This document shows positions 59,383-64,000 of a DNA stretch of 64,000 nucleotides, piece after piece. The position numbers and the translations under genes were made by a program. The DNA lies in NCBI GenBank assembly GCA_964372215.1, contig CAYJQC010000024.1:2779-66778 (forward strand). Direction: 5' to 3'. The notes beneath the pieces are model-generated. The model did no database searches and was not told the origin of the DNA. It was given only the letters and a program-made list of their open reading frames with translations. This DNA is from an uncultured Rhodospirillaceae bacterium (GTDB lineage: Bacteria > Pseudomonadota > Alphaproteobacteria > Dongiales > Dongiaceae). The stretch's first letter is position 1. Every line of letters begins with the position of its first letter.

Positions 59383-60702
59383 CTACCTCTCCCGGCGCGC
59401 CCGCCACAGCTCCCAGGCCATGCGGGTCCGTACGCCGATGTCGAGGAACGGGCGTGGCGGCAACGGATCCGGCGTCCCCAGGCTTTCCATGTCCGATATC
59501 AGCGGGTTGTCGACGCCGCAGGCCAGGTCGGCGGCGAGCAGGCCGCCGATGGTGCCCTTGGTGACGCCGACCGCGTTCTGGCAGACCGCCGCCCAGACAT
59601 TGGGGGCGATCCGGCCGAAGCCCGGCGCGTGATTGCGCGACAGGCAGAGATAGCCGGTCCAGGTATGCTCGAGCGCGACGTCCGGCAGCATGGGAAAGCG
59701 CCGCTGGAACAGGCGCTGGTGGTGGGCGCGGTTGGCGGCGCGTTCGCTCGCGCCTTGCCGCAGGCCGGGGCAGTAGTGGATGTTCTGGCGGATCAGGATG
59801 CGGTGGTCGCGGGTGAACCGCATGGTGATACCGGCATAGGCGTTGGCCGGCGTCAAACCCCAGTCCTCGCCGCCGCCGAGCGCCGCGCGCTCGGACGCGC
59901 TCAGCCGCCGCGTCAGGCTGGCATGGGCGGCGAGCCGCAGCAGCCGGCCGCGATAGGCGCCGAACTGCTCGGCCCAGGCGTTGACCGTCAGGATCATCTT
60001 CGGCGCGAACACGCTGCCCCCGGGGGTGGTCAGGCGGATGCCGTTGGCGCTCTCCATGCCGGTGACCGGGGTGCGCTCGTGGAGCGTGACGTTGCCCGGC
60101 AGGCTGTCTGCCAGGCCGCGGGTCAGCGCCGCCGGGTTCATCAGACCGCAGCCCGGCGTGTGCACCGCCGCCCGGTAGTAGGGCGTGCCGATCTCGGCGG
60201 CGAGGGCCGCGCCCTCGACCCAACGCCAGGGCTCGCCGAGCGCGTCGAGCTCCTTGACCACCGGCTCGAGCACCTGGCGCACGCCCCGGTCCGACACCGC
60301 GGCGTGGTACTTGCCGCGCCGGCCCCAGTCGCAGGCGATGCCGTGGGCCGCGACCATCGCCTCGAGGTGGTCGATGGCGGCGCGCGACAGCCTGATGAAG
60401 CGCTGCGGGCCGTCGAGTTCCTCGAGCGAGCTGCCGACATTGTGCGGCACGTCGATGGCGAAGCCGGAGTTGCGGCCCGAGGCGCCCTCGCCCGCCGCCT
60501 CGGCCTCGAGCAGCACGACATGATCGTCCGGCCGGTTCTCGGCCAGGCGCCGCGCCGCCGCCAGCCCGGCGAAGCCGGCGCCGACCACCACCCAGTCGGC
60601 GCGCACATCGCCCGCCAGCGCCGGCCGTTCGGCGCGCGGCGGCAGGATCGCGCTCCAGCCGTTCGCGGTGTCGTCCGCCGGCAGGTTGCGGATGTGCTGC
60701 AT
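59383..60702 (-). CDS. FAD-dependent oxidoreductase (DAO family)
   Basis: 439 aa from ATG 60702 (GAGG upstream). Dinucleotide fold DWVVVGAGFAGLAAARRL. The track start at 60738 falls inside a perfect palindrome. Confidence 0.82.
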   Translation of the reverse strand: MQHIRNLPADDTANGWSAILPPRAERPALAGDVRADWVVVGAGFAGLAAARRLAENRPDDHVVLLEAEAAGEGASGRNSGFAIDVPHNVGSSLEELDGPQRFIRLSRAAIDHLEAMVAAHGIACDWGRRGKYHAAVSDRGVRQVLEPVVKELDALGEPWRWVEGAALAAEIGTPYYRAAVHTPGCGLMNPAALTRGLADSLPGNVTLHERTPVTGMESANGIRLTTPGGSVFAPKMILTVNAWAEQFGAYRGRLLRLAAHASLTRRLSASERAALGGGEDWGLTPANAYAGITMRFTRDHRILIRQNIHYCPGLRQGASERAANRAHHQRLFQRRFPMLPDVALEHTWTGYLCLSRNHAPGFGRIAPNVWAAVCQNAVGVTKGTIGGLLAADLACGVDNPLISDMESLGTPDPLPPRPFLDIGVRTRMAWELWRARRER

Positions 60703-60734
60703 CGTGCGCGCCTCACTGGAAGCCGAAGACGTTA

Positions 60735-60752
60735 CCATACAGTTCTGTATGG
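60735..60752. promoter_or_regulatory. perfect 8-2-8 palindrome, candidate TetR operator
   Basis: CCATACAG-TT-CTGTATGG, centred in the divergent region between the DAO-type oxidase gene and the TetR gene. Confidence 0.5.
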
Positions 60753-60785
60753 CCAGGTGACAAGGATGTACGCTAGGCTGGGTTC

Positions 60786-61493
60786 GTGAAAACGGGAGGC
60801 GGCACCGGGATGGACGCGGGATCGACCCGGAGCGTGACGGAAGCGACGGCGCCGGGCGGCGCGGCGCTCGGCCGTCGCGACTGGATCGCCGCCGCCCGCC
60901 GGCTGCTGGTCGCCGAGGGCCTCGAGGCGGTGAAGATCACCCGGCTGGCCGAGGCGCTCGGCGTCACCCGCGGCAGCTTCTACTGGCATTTCACCGACCG
61001 CGCCGACCTGCTCGACGCGCTGCTGGCGCTGTGGGAACGGCAGAACACCCGCGCGGTGGTCGAGGCGGCGGAGAGCGCGCTCGACCTGACATCCGGCGTC
61101 CTCGCCCTGTTCGACGTCTGGGTCGACGCGGCGCGCTTCGATCCGGCACTCGACGGCGCGGTGCGCGAATGGGCGCGGCGCGCGGCCAGGGTGCGCAAGG
61201 CGGTGCAGCGGGCGGACGACGCGCGGGTCGCCGCCATCGCCGACCTGTTCGCGCGCAGCGGCTACGACGCCGGCGAGGCGTTCATCCGCGCCCGCATCAT
61301 CTATTTCACCCAGACCGGCTACTACGCCCTCGGCATCGCCGAGACGCTGATGGAACGCATGCGCTACCTCGAAGGCTATTTCGAGGGCTTCACCGGGCGG
61401 GTGCTGCCCTCCGGCGTTGCCGAAGCCTATCGCGCCCGCCAGAGTCGCCTGGAGGCCGGACGGCCGCGCCGTCCGGCCCGCCGGCGGCGCTAG
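60786..61493 (+). CDS. TetR-family transcriptional regulator
   Basis: HTH AVKITRLAEALGVTRGSFYWHF. Start is GTG 60786 or ATG 60810. Arg-rich tail. Confidence 0.85.
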   Translation: MKTGGGTGMDAGSTRSVTEATAPGGAALGRRDWIAAARRLLVAEGLEAVKITRLAEALGVTRGSFYWHFTDRADLLDALLALWERQNTRAVVEAAESALDLTSGVLALFDVWVDAARFDPALDGAVREWARRAARVRKAVQRADDARVAAIADLFARSGYDAGEAFIRARIIYFTQTGYYALGIAETLMERMRYLEGYFEGFTGRVLPSGVAEAYRARQSRLEAGRPRRPARRRR

Positions 61494-61600
61494 AGTCGGG
61501 GTGGCAGCCTTGGACAGTCTTCCCGCCCGGGCCTATCATTGCGCCATCCGGCCCGCGCCCGTTAAGGCTGCGGCCGATTCTCCATCGCCAGGGTGTCCCA

Positions 61601-62365
61601 ATGAGCCTGCACAGCGTCCCCAATCGCGACTCCGAGACGCGCGATCCCTTTCGGCAGCAGCGCGTCGACCTGGCCGCGGCGTTCCGCTGGACCGCGCGGC
61701 TCGGCATGCACGAATCGGTCGCCAACCATTTCAGCCTGGCGGTGAACGACGAGGGCACCCGGTTCCTGATCAACCCGAACGGCCGGCATTTCTCGCGCAT
61801 CCGGGCCAGCGAGCTGCTGCTGCTCGACGCCAACGATCCGCAGACCATGGATCGTCAGGACGCGCCCGACGCGACCGCCTGGGCGATCCACGGTGCGCTG
61901 CACCGCCGGCTGCGCCACGCGCGCTGCGTGCTGCACGCGCATCCGAAGCACGCGACCGTGCTGGCCAGCCTCGAGGACAGCCGGATCCTGCCGATCGACC
62001 AGAACACCATGCGCTTCTTCGGGCGCGTCGCGATCGACGACGGCTTCGACGGGATGGGGCTGGGCGACGAGGCCGAGCGGATGGTCGGCGGGCTCGGCGA
62101 CAAGGCCGTGATGATCATGGGCAATCACGGCGTGCTGGTGGTCGCGCACTCGGTGGCCCAGGCGTTCGACGAGCTGTACTACCTCGAGCGCGCCTGCGAG
62201 ACCCTGGTCACCGCCTACATGACGGGCCGGAAGCTGCGCGTCGCATCGGACGCGGTGGCAGCGAAGACCGCGCGGCAATGGCTCGACTATCCCGCCTTCG
62301 CCGCCAATCATTTCCGCGAGCTGAAGGCGATCCTCGACGCGGAAGCGCCCGACTACCAGCATTGA
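61601..62365 (+). CDS. class II aldolase/adducin-family protein
   Basis: 254 aa from ATG 61601. Zn-binding His context VLHAHPKH and MGNHGVLVV. Confidence 0.85.
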   Translation: MSLHSVPNRDSETRDPFRQQRVDLAAAFRWTARLGMHESVANHFSLAVNDEGTRFLINPNGRHFSRIRASELLLLDANDPQTMDRQDAPDATAWAIHGALHRRLRHARCVLHAHPKHATVLASLEDSRILPIDQNTMRFFGRVAIDDGFDGMGLGDEAERMVGGLGDKAVMIMGNHGVLVVAHSVAQAFDELYYLERACETLVTAYMTGRKLRVASDAVAAKTARQWLDYPAFAANHFRELKAILDAEAPDYQH

Positions 62366-62409
62366 CCCGTCCGGGCCGGCGCGCCGCGACGGCAGGACGG
62401 AGCTAGGCC

Positions 62410-63972
62410 ATGGCAGCGACCCGCGAGGACAGCCTGGGCGAACGCCGCCAGCGGCGGCGGCGCGCCGAACCTTCCGGCATGACGCGGCGACCGCAAGGCG
62501 AAGCGGCGCCGTGGCAGATGCGCAACCCGTTCCGCCCGATCGAGCTGTTCCCGGAGGATCGCATCGAGGCGATCCACGACACCTCGATGACCATTCTCGA
62601 GGAGATCGGCCTCAAGATCCTGCATCCCGAGTCCCGGCGGCTGCTCAAGGCCGCCGGCGCCGCGGTCGACGAGGGCGAGATGCGGGTGCGCCTCGACCGC
62701 GCGCTGGTGATGGCGGCGGTGGCCAAGGCGCCGGCGGTCGTCACCCTGCACGCCCGCAATCCGGCGCACCACGTCGAGGTCGGCGGCAACGCGGTCGCGG
62801 TCAAGATGGTCGGCGGCCCGCCGAACTGCTCCGACCTCGACGGCGGACGCCGGCCGGGCAGCCTGGCGGACTATGAGAACTTCCTGCGCCTGGCCCAGGC
62901 CTTCGACGTGATCAACCTGCCGAGCTCGTCGGTCGAGCCGCTCGACGTCGAGCTGCGGTTCCGCCACCTGGAGATGACGCGCTCGCAGATCCTGCTGACC
63001 GACAAGGTGCCGTTCGCCTATAGCCGCGGTCGCGGCCAGGTCGCCGACGCGCTCGAACTGGTCCGCATCTCGCGCGGCGTGTCGCGCGCGCAGTTCGAGC
63101 AGGAGCCGTCCTGCCACACCGTGGTCAACGCCAACTCGCCGCTGCTGCTCGACCAGATCATGTGCCAGGGCATCCTCGACTTCGCCCGCGCCGGCCAGCT
63201 CGTCATCCTGACGCCCTTCACCCTCGCCGGCGCGATGGCGCCGGTCACCATCGCCGGGGCGCTGGCGCAGCAGAACGCCGAGGCGCTGGCCGGGATCGCG
63301 CTGGCCCAGATCGCCCGGCCCGGCGCCGCGGTCGCCTATGGCGGCTTTACCTCGAACGTCGACATGAAGAGCGGCGCGCCGGCCTTCGGCACCCCGGAAT
63401 ACGTCCAGGCCTGCTTCGCCACCGGCCAGCTGGCGCGGCGCTATCGCCTGCCGTGGCGCTCGTCCAACGTCAACGCCTCGAACGCGCCGGACGCCCAGGC
63501 GACCTATGAATCCCAGATGTCGCTGTGGGGCGCGCTGATGGGCGGCTGCAACGTCCTGATCCATGCCGCCGGCTGGCTCGAAGGCGGCCTCACCGCCAGC
63601 TTCGAGAAGATGATCATCGACGTCGAAATGCTGCGCATGTTCCGCGCGCTGTTCCAGCCGGTCGCCTGCGACGAGGCGGCGCTGGCGCTCGACGCGGTGC
63701 GCGAGGTCGGCCCCGGCGGGCATTACTTCGGCGCGGCCCACACCCTGGCGCGCTACCAGAATGCGTTCTACGCGCCGATGCTGTCCGACTGGCGCAACTA
63801 CGAGACCTGGAAGGCCGACGGCGCGCTCGACGCGACCCAGCGCGCCCACCGCATCTACAAGCGGACCCTGGCCGAGTTCGAGGCTCCGCCGCTCGACGAG
63901 GGCGTGCGCGACGAACTCGACGAGTTCGTCGCCCGCCGCCGTCGAGAGGGCGGCGCGACCCCGACCGACTGA
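62410..63972 (+). CDS. trimethylamine methyltransferase (MttB) superfamily protein, non-pyrrolysine type
   Basis: 520 aa, an uninterrupted ORF with no in-frame TAG. Arg-rich N-terminus followed by the MttB-like TIM-barrel sequence (IHDTSMTILEEIGL...GGHYFG). Confidence 0.85.
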   Translation: MAATREDSLGERRQRRRRAEPSGMTRRPQGEAAPWQMRNPFRPIELFPEDRIEAIHDTSMTILEEIGLKILHPESRRLLKAAGAAVDEGEMRVRLDRALVMAAVAKAPAVVTLHARNPAHHVEVGGNAVAVKMVGGPPNCSDLDGGRRPGSLADYENFLRLAQAFDVINLPSSSVEPLDVELRFRHLEMTRSQILLTDKVPFAYSRGRGQVADALELVRISRGVSRAQFEQEPSCHTVVNANSPLLLDQIMCQGILDFARAGQLVILTPFTLAGAMAPVTIAGALAQQNAEALAGIALAQIARPGAAVAYGGFTSNVDMKSGAPAFGTPEYVQACFATGQLARRYRLPWRSSNVNASNAPDAQATYESQMSLWGALMGGCNVLIHAAGWLEGGLTASFEKMIIDVEMLRMFRALFQPVACDEAALALDAVREVGPGGHYFGAAHTLARYQNAFYAPMLSDWRNYETWKADGALDATQRAHRIYKRTLAEFEAPPLDEGVRDELDEFVARRRREGGATPTD

Positions 63973-64000
63973 CCTCCGTCGCCCGGTTCGTCCGGACTCC

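Noticed and set aside
58277-60223. 648-aa ORF suggesting a large fusion protein
   Set aside because: Only the C-terminal ~315 residues form a coherent DMT transporter. The N-terminal part is an out-of-frame shadow of the DAO-type oxidase gene.

Overview
GC-rich (roughly 65-70% by eye) bacterial chromosomal DNA. The gene content and one repeat type suggest an alphaproteobacterium, which is an inference. I can support about 60 protein-coding genes and one tRNA-Ser(GGA). I saw no rRNA, CRISPR array, transposase or integrase. Many very long ORFs in the track are antisense or out-of-frame shadows typical of GC-rich DNA, and I trimmed or rejected them.

Layout:
- 244-8676, minus strand: conserved translation cluster thrS-infC-rpmI-rplT-pheS-pheT. 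It carries three lineage-specific insertions: a small Trp-tailed membrane gene, a nested palindromic repeat and a lipoprotein gene.
- 8.8-13.6 kb: miscellaneous housekeeping and accessory genes.
- 13713-13802: tRNA-Ser, followed by an AT-richer scar. Downstream lie a hybrid histidine kinase plus a CheY-like regulator, an extensin-like protein, an MsbA-like ABC exporter and a GFA protein. The stretch ends with a lower-GC lipoprotein / EEP nuclease-phosphatase / DUF3008 module and an imperfect copy of the tRNA 3' end.
- 22.5-34.9 kb: TetR/MBL pair, orphan cobalamin-type binding protein, SDR / DUF861 bicupin / class V aminotransferase trio, DUF2339 giant membrane protein, and a TAXI-TRAP transporter with DUF1850.
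- 34.9-45.8 kb: GlxA-regulated ABC uptake locus. Its first gene (NAL/DHDPS family) is split by a 91-nt G-tract insertion. The locus also encodes an aldehyde dehydrogenase and two signal-less BNR/sialidase-fold paralogues.
- 49.8-64 kb: catabolic island with an agmatinase-family enzyme, a TMADH/N-methylproline-demethylase-type flavoprotein, a second DHDPS-family gene with an amino-acid ABC system and LacI regulator, a DAO-type oxidase, a class II aldolase and a non-pyrrolysine MttB-family methyltransferase.

Most interesting:
- the G-tract insertion and its possible phase switch
- the BNR/NAL/ALDH locus
- the low-GC EEP module within a possible tRNA-Ser-anchored segment
- the MttB-containing island
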